Assembly (NCBI RefSeq): GCF_006345805.1
Contig: NC_043007.1
Coordinates: forward strand, 63,674,001 to 63,738,000
Reading direction: 5' to 3'
Source: Octopus sinensis
Taxonomy: Eukaryota
DNA: 64,000 nucleotides
Every line of letters begins with the position of its first letter. Positions within the stretch are counted from its first letter, which is position 1. The position numbers and the translations under genes are program-made. Below, one piece after another: positions 10,851 through 23,215 of this stretch. The notes below the pieces were generated by a model that was given only the letters and a program-made list of their open reading frames with translations, did not search any database and was not told the DNA's origin.

Positions 10851-11009
10851 TCAATCAATTATTATTTACCAATATAACTTGTTTGACAGTGCTAAAGTAC
10901 AGCTGTGTATAAACGTAAGGGAGAATTCTTTTTACAGCAGTTGAGAAAAGGAAAACTATATACATTGCATCTACCAAATTCACTCACAAAGTCTTGGTTG
11001 GCCTATGAC

Positions 11010-12557
11010 ATGGGTCACCAAACTACGGCCCACAACGTCAATTTGTCCTGGCTATACTGCTAGTATATATATATATATATATATATAATTTCAGTAAAAA
11101 CAATTAAGATTCAAGTGAGTTCCAATGAATTCACATGAATGTGGTACTTAACTTAGATGCACCAGAAATCTTTATGGTATTAACCATAAAATAATGTGGG
11201 GTGATTATAAACAAGAAAAAAGCAACAAGAATGGATTAGTTGTTCAGTACAATTGTTTCATACAAAGAACAGATTTATTAAAAGCTGCAAATACAAGTGT
11301 CCCGTATTCATCAGCCAAAACACATATGAGTTTTCCAAACATCCTAGGGGGTGAGGCTACACTTATGAAGTATCGAAGAGAGTTCTATGAAAAGCAAAGT
11401 TAGATTGTAAGCAGACTTAAAATGTTCTCTAATGATGCACAGTTTTATAAAAGGTTTTTAAAAAAGTTTGTTAGCTTCACAGAAAAGGTAAATCCATCCA
11501 TAATAATGCAGGTGTAATTTCCGGAGATATGAGGAGAGATTTTATTCTCAGAGAAGATGAATGTATCCATAATAATGTAGATGTAATTTCCTGAGGAGAA
11601 GATGTTGATCACACTTCTATTCGTTTCACAAAACTACTATGTTGGAAGAAGAGATTGACTATATTGGCTAAAAGAAGTCAGTGAAGCAGAAACCGCCCAA
11701 ATAAGAACATTATGGGAGGAAGTGGGTGTAAGTACACAACCTACAAAGTTTAGTTTATTTCTGTGGTGACAGAAAATCTAGGTCAGTGTTGCAGGAATCT
11801 AAGATTTATAATTTATAAGAGAACATTACTTTTGACCATCATACAGCTATTAACTGCCACTCCTACAGAGTTAATGAATACAGGGTTAAAGAATATAAAG
11901 AGAACAAAAGAAAGTATCAAAGGGGTCAAAGGCTATCAGTAGAGGAAAATACATTAAGAAATTTAACTGCAACACTAGAACAGGAGGTTATTTATTTATT
12001 ATTGTTTCTATTTATACTAATGTTTATACATTGTAAGACAGACTTTAGGTCTATACCTAGAGGTCAATTAATTTCTGTAGTAAAAGGTGTGAGAGTATTG
12101 CTTATTCAAAATATAGTGAAAATTCTTTATATTATTATTAAGGGAGTAGCATTACTTATTAAACTTAGAATAGAATTAGGAAGTATTAGCAATTTATTTG
12201 ATTTAAGTTGGGTTAATTAAATTAGATTAAATTAAATTAACTATATAGTCAATTAAAATTTTGGCAACGTACAAATACTATTTGTTTCTTTGTGTTCTAA
12301 AACAGGTACAGTTGGAAAGAAAGAACATTTTAAGTCTGCTTACAATCTAACTTTGCTTTTCATAGAACTCTCTTCGATACTTCATGAGTGTAGCCTCACC
12401 CCCTAGGATGTTTGGAAAACGCATATGTGTTTTGGCTGATGAATACGGGACACTTGTATTTGCTGCAATATTTGCAGCTTCTAATAAATCTGTTCTTCGT
12501 ATGAAACAATTGTACTGAACAACTAATCCATTCTTGTTGCTTTTTTTCTTGTTTATA
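11010..12557. repeat. hAT-like terminal fragment followed by a ~225-bp inverted repeat pair (11206-11428 / 12322-12557)
   Basis: gggtcaccaaactacggccc resembles a hAT TIR. The two arms are near-exact reverse complements. Confidence 0.7.
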
Positions 12558-13062
12558 TATAAGGATAAGATCGTTATTTAAAATACCGATCATATCAAGT
12601 GGCCAGCATGGGAATAAAAACCTTATAGGTAATAATTATTATTAAAATTATAATTAAGGATATCTTTTAGATACCCATAATGTATGTATGTAGTGGATCA
12701 TGCAGGCATGGCGTGGATTCGATCCTCAATCGACAAATTTAACAGTACAACAGACTTTTCCCATAGGGAAACATTAAGTTGACAGCAGTTACATTTGCCA
12801 GATGCCTTAGCTAAGCAGGATGATGTCTTTGCCACTTGACCTTTTTGCTTGTGGGGGCGAGTTAAATTGACAGAACAATAGACTTCCCCTAAAAAATTAC
12901 ACATTGTTTGGATAACGGTATGCCTCTCTTTCTCGCGATAATTATATATACAGAAGATTCCCAAGCAAAAGTGGCCAAAAGGAGATGACAGGGAGGCGAC
13001 CACAGGCAAAATCCAGTTAGCGAGATAATTCAACTGAGAGAAGGCTTACCAATGATGCAGTG

Positions 13063-13395
13063 TGTTATCGTAACACCACTGCTGTTCAAATGTCATGCAC
13101 CATGAAGATATTATTTTATCGAATCCCTACATTTGACATTCACTCTATCTTCCTCTAATTCCTAGTTGGGCAGCTAGCAGTTGACCAATCATAACCAGCA
13201 TCAAGATACAAGAAAAGATAACTCTATTGTTTTTATATGATACACACACTTGTCCGTCGAGGCAAGACATTATATTAAGTAACGGTGAATAAATATTTCC
13301 TTAAAACTTCGATCGCTGTTCTTCTTGCATCTTGCATACTGGCAACCAACACCTTAACAACACAGCCGTTACAATTGGTGACCCTCGACTGCAAC
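13063..13395 (+). mobile_element. LTR fragment with adjacent primer-binding site (LTR retrotransposon remnant)
   Basis: AATAAA at 13288-13293, ends in TTACA at 13373, then TGGTGACCC (PBS-like) at 13376. The 5' boundary is uncertain. Confidence 0.55.
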
Positions 13396-13419
13396 GAAGA
13401 ACTAACCGTTACACACACA

Positions 13420-13730
13420 TACGTGGAACGACGATGAGGGTTCCAATTGATCCAGTCAACGGAACAGCCTGCTTGTGAAATTAGCGTGCAAGTGGCTGAG
13501 CACTCCACAGACACGTGTACACTTAACGTAGTTCTCTGGGAGATTCACCGTGACACAGAGTGTGACAAGGCAGAAACAGGAAAAAAGAGTGAGAGAAAGT
13601 TGTGGTGAAATTGTACACCACCCCCTACCGGGGCCTCGTGGTGTTTTCGCTCAATAAATACTCACAACGCCGGGTTTGGGAATCGAAACCGCGAGTCCGC
13701 TGCCCTAACCACTGGGCCATTGTGTCTCCA
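13420..13730 (-). mobile_element. tRNA-derived SINE (related copies at ~32155-32435 and ~32455-32780)
   Basis: Reverse complement reads tggcccagtggttagggcagcggactcgcggtttcgattccc (A/B boxes); body shared with the 32.2-32.8 kb copies. Confidence 0.75.
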
Positions 13731-13879
13731 CAAACACACGTGTGTGTGTGTGTATTCACATTATATACAATATATTAGTTTTTCAAATTGTTAACTAAAT
13801 ACTTTAACTAAAATGCAAATGACTATCAAGTTAAGAAGTGTAGTTTTGAATTATAGACTGTATCCCGAAATTAATGGTT

Positions 13880-14132
13880 ACACTTTACAATTTCTGTAAG
13901 CGCGAAACACCGTAACCTGAGGCACCCGTAACGCTGGAGGGGGGTATATCCATAAATATTCCAATAGATTTATCTCCCTTTGTTTTGAAAACGAAAACAA
14001 CCGACTCCGATCTACCGGAAATCGAAGATATTGCCCACAATCCTTTACTTTCTACGCATCCGTTGTCTTGTTTGTCTCGCACATGTTTATTTACATCATT
14101 TTCGAGTCGTTTGGACTGTTAGCGTGAAAAAA
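13880..14132 (+). promoter_or_regulatory. Probable EIF1AD promoter/5' UTR
   Basis: Locally CpG-richer unique sequence immediately upstream of the ATG, with CCAAT at 13961. Confidence 0.45.
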
Positions 14133-14219
14133 ATGACTCATATAACTAAACGGAAATATGTGGCAAATGAATTACTCTACGAATTTGTTCTTCCAGAAAG
14201 CAATCAATACATAGTTAAG
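14133..14219 (+). CDS. EIF1AD: Probable RNA-binding protein EIF1AD, exon 1
   Basis: MTHITKRKYVANELLYEFVLPESNQYIVK (compare the EIF1AD N-terminal TKRKHV motif); donor AG|GTAAGT. Confidence 0.9.
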
Positions 14220-15574
14220 GTAAGTATTCATTTAAAAAGTGAAACCCACCTAAGTTTCATTTTCACTTGTGTCATAGCAACACTGCTGCCCGTCCCCTTC
14301 CTGCATGTGATGGAGGTAGGAATCAGTGGATATTGCTGAATGTCTAGTATGGCACTTTAATGACTAGCTATGCCAATCTCTAGAAAAATTATGAAAGTGT
14401 GTTAATATCTTTGTTTCTTTGAGAGTAGCTGTTCTACATAAGTTGGAATTTCGGTTAAACCATAGGGTTTCATTATTGAGCATTCCATTACTGCTATGTA
14501 AGTTTTAAAAAAGTTTCTATGTTTTTGACAACTTTGCTTTATAAACCTTCCGGTACATTGCCTTATTATATTAGACTATTTCATATCGCCTACTTAGCCA
14601 AATCTTGGCAATCTTTCGTTATGGATATCAGAATAATGAAACTTTGCTCGGAGGGCAGTATACACTACACTAGCTTGTACATTATTTTGAATGACTTTGT
14701 TTCAGCGTATGCTGCAGAAAATCTTTATTTTCTATCTTAAATTATCCAATATTCCATCGTAGTTCAGTACAAGCTGTGGTTTAGATTTGAAACTGCGTCA
14801 CTATAATAAACAATAGCATTGATACATTAGGTGATCTTGGCCTAATTGGTAGCCAATAGTATTTCAGCTCAATCATATAATCGATAGAAAATTCCGCAAG
14901 TTTAGTGCCAAAACATGGTCATTAATTGAGAAGCATGGATAAGATAAGATGCGTGCAACTTGCCAGCATTCCAGAGAGGACAGGCGAACAAGATTCTTAG
15001 TCAGCTGCTCGACCTCAGGTTAAAAGAATCACTTGTCTACCATGAACGTAATATTCTCACTTCTCCAAGCACTGACACAGGACCGTCCTAATTCTCACCT
15101 TTCGCTTCACATGAATATGTAGCCACCTGGTTCTTAACCAACCACTATATATATACATAACTTACTATTTGTAATCAAATGATACAGCGCGCAGCAAGTA
15201 ATTTTTGTAATTATTGTAATGTTTATGTATAAACAAAATGAGTGGAGGTAAAGAATACGTACGCCACTCGTTTTCGGCGTAACAAAAACTTTAACCCTAA
15301 CCCTAAACCTTAAATACCGGGTGTACGTATTCTTTACTTTCGCCACAAATTATTTTCTCGAAAACTTCAAATGATCTTGGTTTTAATGAGTAACAATACA
15401 CAGCTTATCCGAAATACCCAAACACCCATTGAACAAGTCCTAGAAACATTTCCGTACATGTACGCCTGATTGCAACACATCTTATGGCAGCGAGCACATT
15501 TGCCTTTGGTAAATTTCGATACGATTTTCACTAAGAAAAAAAAAAAAAACTCGGATTTTTTGCGTGGAATCAAG

Positions 15575-17484
15575 GGTTAATATAGGCGTAACAAATATCA
15601 GAAAATCAAAAAAAAATGTGTGTAATAGGTGTAAAACAACTCCTATGAACGAATGAAAAAAAAAATTCGCGCACGCGAAAGGGGGGTGGGGGAGAGGCCT
15701 CGGAAAATTCACATCGGAAAAAGTCCGAAGCGCTGAGAGGAGCTGACCCGGCACCAAAACAAAAAAAAATAGTGTAATATGTGTAAAACAACTTGCTCTA
15801 AACGAATATGACAAAAAAAAATGCGCTCTCGCGAAAGAGGGGTGGGGGAGAGGCCTCGGAATATTTATATCGGGAATTTCCGAAAGCGTCTGAACCGGGC
15901 ACAAAAACAAAAACAAAAACAGCGTAATAGGTGTAAAACAACTTGCTCTAATCGACTATCATGAAAAAAATGCGCGCTCGCGAAAGGGGGGTGGGGGAGA
16001 GGCTTCGGAAATTTCACATCTTCAGTCCACGGCCTTTAAACTAAGAAAAAAATAGTGTAATTGGTGTAAAACTACTTGTTCTAAACGAGTATCAAGAACA
16101 CACACTCACACATGAATCATAATAAACTCCGTATTTCGCAAAAAAAAAAAAATAAAGAGAAGAAATTCTGGAAAAAGTGAAGAAATGTTGGATCTCATTC
16201 CTTGGTTAAAGCTATTTTAAACATTAAATTTATGCTTTTCTTTGAAATAGTTCAGATATATGCAATTCTTCTCACTTATTAAGATGCATTTATCAGAAAA
16301 ATTATTATTTTGTGTCAATCCTTCCCTAATTATCCTTTATTAATTAGTTTTGGCGTGTATTTTTTTCCCAAATTTATTTTTTCACCTTTACAACACTGTT
16401 TAGTAAAGCAATTAATTATCTTTATAATTTGCATATTTGACTTATTAATCAAAATTCTCTAGATGTAAATATACTAAGTAATGCATCCTTCATTTATGTG
16501 TTCCGTTCTGTATTATGCATGCGTGACTGTTTGTATGTAAGTGTGTTTAACTGTGCACATGAATGTGAATATAAAGAACATATTTATTTACTATGATTGT
16601 TATTTTCAGAACAAATAAATCTTTTGGCTGTTATGTTATTGATGTTATTATTATTGCTAGTTAAAGGGTGGTGACTTGGCTGAATATTTTGAGTCTTGTA
16701 GTATGTAGTTGTGTTAGTCAATATTCTGAGTTCAAATCCAACTCATTTCTTTATCATCATTATCGATGGACCACTCAAAGAGGTATGTATACATTATCAT
16801 TTTCGTAACATAATTTCTGTAGTATTTCAAGATGTTTCTGACACGTATTTTGATTCACATGGCGGAGATCCAACATTTCTTCACTTTTTCCAGAATTTCT
16901 TCTCTTTTTTATTTTTTTTTTGCGAAATACGGAGTTTATGATTCATGTGTGAGTGTGTGTTCTTGATACTCGTTTAGAACAAGTAGTTTTACACCAATTA
17001 CACTATTTTTTCTTAGTTTAAAGGCCGTGGACTGAAGATGTGAAATTTCCGAAGCCTCTCCCCCACCCCCCTTTCGCGAGCGCGCATTTTTTCATGATAG
17101 TCGTTTAGAGCAAGTTGTTTTACACCTATTACGCTGTTTTTGTTTGTTTGTGCCCGGTTCAGACGCTTTCGGAAATTCCCGATATAAATATTCCGAGGCC
17201 TCTCCCCCACCCCTCTTTCGCGAGAGCGCATGTTTTTTTTGTCATATTCGTTTAGAGCAAGTTGTTTTACACATATTACACTATTTTTTTTTTGTTTTGG
17301 TGCCCGGGTCAGCTCCTCAGACGCTTTCGGAACTTCCCGATGTGAATTTTCCGAGGCCTCTCTCCCACCCCCCTTTCGCGTGCGCGAATTTTTTTTTTCA
17401 TATTCGTTCATAGGAAGTTGTTTTACACCTATTACACACATTTTTTTTTTGATTTTCTGATATTTGTTACGCCCTATATTAACC
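15575..17484. mobile_element. Foldback-type DNA transposon: ~620-bp TIRs with internal tandem subrepeats, 8-bp TSD
   Basis: 15575-16196 is the reverse complement of 16865-17484. GAATCAAG flanks both ends (15567-15574, 17485-17492). Each arm has three ~170-180-bp subrepeats with a G-rich motif. Confidence 0.88.
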
Positions 17485-17704
17485 GAATCAAGTACCCTGA
17501 CCTCCTAATATGCCGCAAATCCCGTATTTTTGTTCAGAAAAAAAAAACGGGGTGGGGGCGGAATCCCCACATCCCGGAATCATAGGAATTTTTTTTTTTT
17601 TTCGTTGAACGAATTACAGTGACCTACTATGTCACAAAACCACTTTTTTGGTTCTGAAAACAGGTTGGGGTGGAACCCTCTGAAATTTGACCCCCCCCCA
17701 CACA

Positions 17705-18572
17705 CACACACATTTTCAAACTTTTTTTTGCTGTTTCTTTCTATACACATATTTTTAGATAACATTTTGTAGAAATATGTTTTCGAGAGAGTGTGGAATA
17801 CAATAGAGTGAAAATTCAAATAAGCTTGAAAAGAATATGTAAAAATGCAGAGGTTATAGGAGTTAGTGGTAACAAAGTCTGTGGAGAGATAAAGAATGAT
17901 ACAAAATTCATTTAATTAAAAACATTAGAGTTTCTGTTTGTGTAAAACAAGTAACAGTATAATAGTAAAACAAAATATCTTTTTCATTCCTCTTAAAATT
18001 ACTGGACATAATATATAATAATCCCAGATTGCAGAATAGATTTAAAAGACAAATCCACTTTCCTTTTGTAATTTTTGGCGCCAAAATCAGGTAACTAATG
18101 CATTTCATTTCTCTGTGGAGAGAGAGAGAGTGTGTAAGTGATGAAGTTTACCTAAATGTTCAATGGTATAGCAATATATTATATACATCATCATCATTTA
18201 ACGTCTGCTTTCCATGCTGGCTTGTGCTGGACGGTTTGACTGAGGACTGGCAAGCCAGGAGGCTGCACCATGCTCCAATCTGTTCTGGTAAATTTTCTAC
18301 TGCTGGATGCCCTTCCTAATGCCGATCACTCTGAGAGTGCAGTGGGTGCTTTTTAAGTTCCACCGGCACAGGCATCAACCACACTCGAATGGTGCTTTTT
18401 ACATGGCACTGGCATTGGTCGTATGTTATATATGGAGTGGTTGATGTTAGGAAGGGCATCCAGCTGTAGAAACCTTGCCAGAACAGATTGGAGCCTGGTG
18501 CGGCCTCCTGGCTTGCCAGTCCTCAGTCAAACCGTCCAAGCCAAGCTAGCATGGAAAGCTGATGTTAAACGA

Positions 18573-18606
<34 letters not shown>

Positions 18607-19025
18607 CTATACCATTGAAAGTTTTGGTAAACTTCATCACTCACACACTCTCTCTCCACACAAAAATGAGATACCCTGATTTTGGTGCCAAAAATTGCAA
18701 AGAGAAAGTGAATTTGTCTTTCAAATCCATTCTGCAATCTAGGATTATTATATATATTATATCCAGTGATTTTAAGAGGTATGAAAATGATATTTTGTTT
18801 TAATATTATATTTTTACTTGTTTCACACACATACACAAGCTCTAACATTTTTAATTAGATGAATTTTGTATCATTCTTTATCTCTACACAGACTTTGTTA
18901 CCACTAACTTCTATAACCTTTGCATTTTCCCTTATTCTTTTCAAACTTATTTGAATTTTCAATCTAATGTTATCTAAAAATATGGGTAAAAAAAGAAACA
19001 GCAATAAATATTTGAAACTGGTGTG
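17705..19025. repeat. Large diverged palindrome (arms ~17705-18331 and ~18433-19025), each arm containing an RTE 3' tail
   Basis: Colinear reverse-complement similarity across ~600 bp, with a ~100-bp spacer. Confidence 0.85.
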
Positions 19026-19914
19026 TTGCTTACCCTTGTTTGATATGACATGAACTTCAGGTTTTTTTAAGGTCTCACCACAGTTTAAAATGTTTCTTAT
19101 TAATATTTGTCTTGCAGCTGATTCTAATGCAACATTCAGTGACTACAGGAAAAATTTCTGTCAATTGAAAGAGAAGTTCATAACTTGTAAAATTGACAAT
19201 TTTTGTAAATTTCATAAATCAGTAATTTCAGAGACTAAGGTAGGCTTGGTATTATGTAGAATGATATTAGTCTGCTTATTGTTACTTAACTCCAGTTTGA
19301 GTTGTCATTAGTTTGATGTGAATAGTCATTAGTTTGTTTTGTTGTGATATAGGATGTTGAATAATTTTTGAGGTTTATTCAAATGACTGGCCATATTGTA
19401 GTACACCTGAGCACTGTTTACAATAAGCTCTGCTAAGATCAGAGAATTGTCTGTTAATTGCATTCATGAAACAGCATTCTTTTCTCTGAATAGTATATAG
19501 CTTTATGAAAGATAGATCAAGTTATTTGCTTTTGGCTTAATTGCAATATGAATGACATTGTAATTGTATTTTACATTGTAAAACCAAGCAGCAGTGTTAG
19601 AATTGTAACATTTTTTACAAGATCAGCATCAATTATTTGATTTTACTTCAGCATAATAATTTTCATACCAAATATTTCATCTGTCTCAAAATAATGGAAA
19701 ACCAGCTTGGTCCAAATCACTTTTATATACATTTGGCAAACATCACATCAATTCTTTAGAGTGTTTATAATTAGAAAAGAAATGGTTACTGGTCAGAATT
19801 ATAAATTCATTCTATATTAATGATGAAATAAATATAGAGTATAAGCATCCTTTATGTTGTTTTAAAATAGTTCATTTTATTTTAGTATTGCTATCCTTAT
19901 CTTTAAAATTTACT

Positions 19915-20215
19915 CTTTTACTTGTTTCAGTCATTTGACTGTGGCCATGCTGGAGTACTGCCTTTAGTCAAGCAATTCAATCCCAGGGCTTATTCTTTGT
20001 AAGCCTAGTACTTATTCTATCGGTCTTTTTTGCCGAACCGCAAGTTATGGGGACGTAAACACACCAGCATCGGTGGTCAAGCGATGTTAGGGGACAAACA
20101 TATACACACACACACACATACATATAAGACACTTGCCCAAGGTGTCATGCAGTGGAACTGAACCTGGAACCATGTGGTTCGTAAGCAAGTTACTTACCAC
20201 ACAGCCGCTCCTATG
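19915..20215 (-). mobile_element. SINE-family repeat(s); related copies at ~35840 and ~51500-51935
   Basis: Recurrent ttttacttgtttcagtcatt..actgtggccatgctggag motif and a tRNA-like end. Confidence 0.65.
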
Positions 20216-20960
20216 CCTATTTCTTCATTTATTTAAAGTGAACTTTAGGTTTTCTTTACTTTGCTACTGTTTTGTATACTATATTTTGTCTTATAGTTGA
20301 TATAGTAAATGCAGTAGTTTTCTAATTTCACTTGGTTAAGTAATAAATTTCTATGTAATTCACTTTGCTGTTTATCATTTTTGTCATTAAAGAATTTCAT
20401 TATTGTTTGAAAGTGAAAAATAACTCACTCTTTAAATTTTTTGTAGTATCTGATCATCATTTGACATCCATTTTCTTTGCTGGCATGGTTGGGTGGTTTG
20501 ACAGGAACTGGTAAGGCCAAGGATTGCAACAGGCTCCTTTGTCTGTTTTGGCACGGTTTCTGTGGCTTGGTGGTTTTAACATTGCATCAACACCAGTACT
20601 TTTTACATGACACCAGCACTGACATGGTTACCAAGTAACTTGCAAACACACACGTACACTATAAAATAAATATAATATTTCAAACAAGAGTTTAGTGTCA
20701 CCATCTCTAGCTGAGTGGGGATACTGAACTCCCTTGTTCAAAAATATAAGGATGAAGATAGTGCATCAATTGCCAGCTGGAGACGATGTTTCCTGGGGCT
20801 AAATAACTGTAACATTCGTCCTAACTAGGACTGCCACATTATGTTGGCATATAATCTTTACTCTAGAGTACTGTTTCTGAATGTTTCTTGTTCAGAGAAA
20901 TAATTTTTCAATTTATGAAAAACAAGAGCTTAGTGTCACAATTTCTACCCAAACAATTAT

Positions 20961-21006
20961 TCTGTGCTGATGAGGAGAAATAACCTAGAAACCTTTGGTA
21001 CACAGA
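20961..21006 (+). ncRNA. Minimal type I hammerhead ribozyme-like motif (stem II degenerate)
   Basis: TCTGTG-CTGATGA-GGAGAAATAACCTA-GAAA-CC-TTT-GG-TA-CACAGA: 6-bp stem I, intact core, stem III and a GUA cleavage triplet. Confidence 0.55.
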
Positions 21007-21210
21007 TACTGCTATAGATATTATCTAACTTAAGAAAAGGGATTTCATGCTTTCTGTAGTGTAATCATTAATTTGTAACTTGATTAACTGCACATGTGTG
21101 GTTTGAATTCCATAAATGGGCTTGTTTTTCTTTCCTTTCTCAGACTGTCATAAGATCTACTGTCATTTGCATGAAAAATCTTATTAGTCAATTTAATATC
21201 TGCTTTTCAG

Positions 21211-21319
21211 GTGAAACACTGTCGTGGTAACAACTTGCATGAAGTTTGGAATGAAAAGGGAGAAGAACTTCTTGTCAGCATGCCACCAAAGTTTCGAAAC
21301 CATTTTTACATCTTAAAAG
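21211..21319 (+). CDS. EIF1AD: EIF1AD exon 2 (S1-like/eIF1A OB fold)
   Basis: VKHCRGNNLHEVWNEKGEELLVSMPPKFRNHFYILKG; AG/GT boundaries, phase-compatible. Confidence 0.95.
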
Positions 21320-22077
21320 GTTTGATTTAAATGCTCAGTTAAATTTTGCAATATAAACTTATTAATTGTATGTTTTGTGACTTTTAAAGTCTTAGATGCA
21401 TTTTTTTCCTTGGCTTTTTTATTTGCAGTAAAACTACTAATTCCATTTCATAATTTTTAAATACATTTTTTTGCATTAGCATGGATTGGATGATTCTGAA
21501 AAAATCTGGTATTTGCATATTATGGGAGGTTTTATGGCTAAATGTACTACTGGTTCTAACTAATCAATAATGTAATAGGACTAATATTAAGTCTCAGCAG
21601 TGCTATACGAGGCAAATTCAATAATGAAGTAAAGGAGTATGGTAAGTATATGCAGTACTTGTAGCAAAATTTGGACTCCATTTTATCAAGGCGAATATTT
21701 CTGATTTACAGTTTTATAATGAAAATTAATCTCAAATTAGGAATCAGAAACTTATGACATATTTTTAAACAAAATAACATCTAGAATCCAATGAAATTGC
21801 ACATTGTCTCCATTGACAACAATTGGTCTGTAAGTTCAATTTCTGTGAAGACTGTAGAATCTACTGTTTTGAGCATTGCTCTTTGTCAGTGAAGAAAAAG
21901 AGAAAAAAACATTATTGTCACTTAGGCTGTAGGCAATGAGAATAATTTTATAATAAACTTTAGACAGATTAATGAAAAGAACTTTCACCTATAAGATACA
22001 TTTGTAGGCTGAGAATAAAAGGCTTTAAAAAAAATATAATTAGGTGCTCATAAGTGATAACTCCATATTGTAGTGCC

Positions 22078-23215
22078 TTAACCCTTTCGTTACTATATTT
22101 CTGACCAAAATACACCCCTTATGTGTTTCAATTAATTTCTAACATAATCATAAATTTAGTCTGGTTTCATTAAACAACTATAACTTTTTTATTTATCAAT
22201 ATATTAATGTGATTTTTGGAAGATAATTTAATGAAATGTTCTCAACCAATTCTATACTATAATTTTTGTCACAAAGTGACTCTAATTGCAGGTAGATACA
22301 GGTAAATTCAACAAAATATAAAATTATTAAAATTTTGTTCAAACATCGCTATAGAAAATGGGTTATTAGCTAATATTCAATTGGGTATACAACAAAATTT
22401 TACGATAGAATTTGTTATTCTGGGTAACTTTCTGATACCCATAATAATATTTATGGCAAAATAGTCTTAATTTCATTTAAGGTTGTGGGAAACCACTAAC
22501 TATCCCTTTCGCTTTGTTTACATTTAGCGTAACGGTTCGTTTCCGCCGTAATGAGTTCAAATAGACTCATCAGAAAAAGTAAAAAGAAATAGTCTATCAC
22601 TTTACTCTCCTGGGAAAGTCCGTGGCTTCGTCCAGTTTCTTCAGAAAAATCACCGAAAGAAACAGTTTTTAAATTTTCACTCCATTCAGGTGCCAATTCA
22701 TTTTCTTTATTGCTGTCGGAGCTCTCGGATTCACTGTTTTCACTTTCGGAAAATGAAACATCAGATTCATTATCAAATACCACGTGCTTTTTTTTTTCAG
22801 TCATAGAGTTAGATTTATCAAGGTCTTCAGTAGAAAATCCTTCGAATTCTGACTCGCTGCTTGATATAATGAAATTCGTATCCATTTTTTGTCAGAATTA
22901 CAAATTTTGAAAACACAATAGGAATAAATTTTGGAAAAAAATCTCCCAAAATTCACAGAATTAAAATTACACTTCGATCGTTGTACAAAACTGTAGATGA
23001 ACTGTTTACGAATTATAATCACGTGTTTTCACGAATGTACTAAAGAGATTTGCTCTGATATTCTCATTTAAATATGAATAGGTAAATACGGGCGGGTTTG
23101 GTTACATTAACCAAAATTTTTTTCGGGCGGCTTGTTTTATATTAGTATCCATCTATCAATATCATTCGTGCTCAATACAAAATAAGGTATCTATACTTTT
23201 GTAGAAAGGAATTAA
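22078..23215 (-). mobile_element. Non-autonomous piggyBac element with acidic transposase N-terminal remnant
   Basis: TTAA-CCCTTTCGTTAC left end and degenerate GTAGAAAGGAA-TTAA right end. ORF 22496-22885 contains DYFFLLF...ITAETNRYA, typical of PGBD transposases. Confidence 0.75.

Noticed and set aside
11820-12250. Possible NUMT (AT-rich, strand-skewed, faint COX3/ND5-like words)
   Set aside because: No sustained match under the invertebrate mitochondrial code and in-frame stops are present; a BLAST search would be needed to revive it.
15293-15306. Telomeric TAACCC repeats
   Set aside because: Only about two units, inside a dispersed element; not a telomere or meaningful interstitial array.
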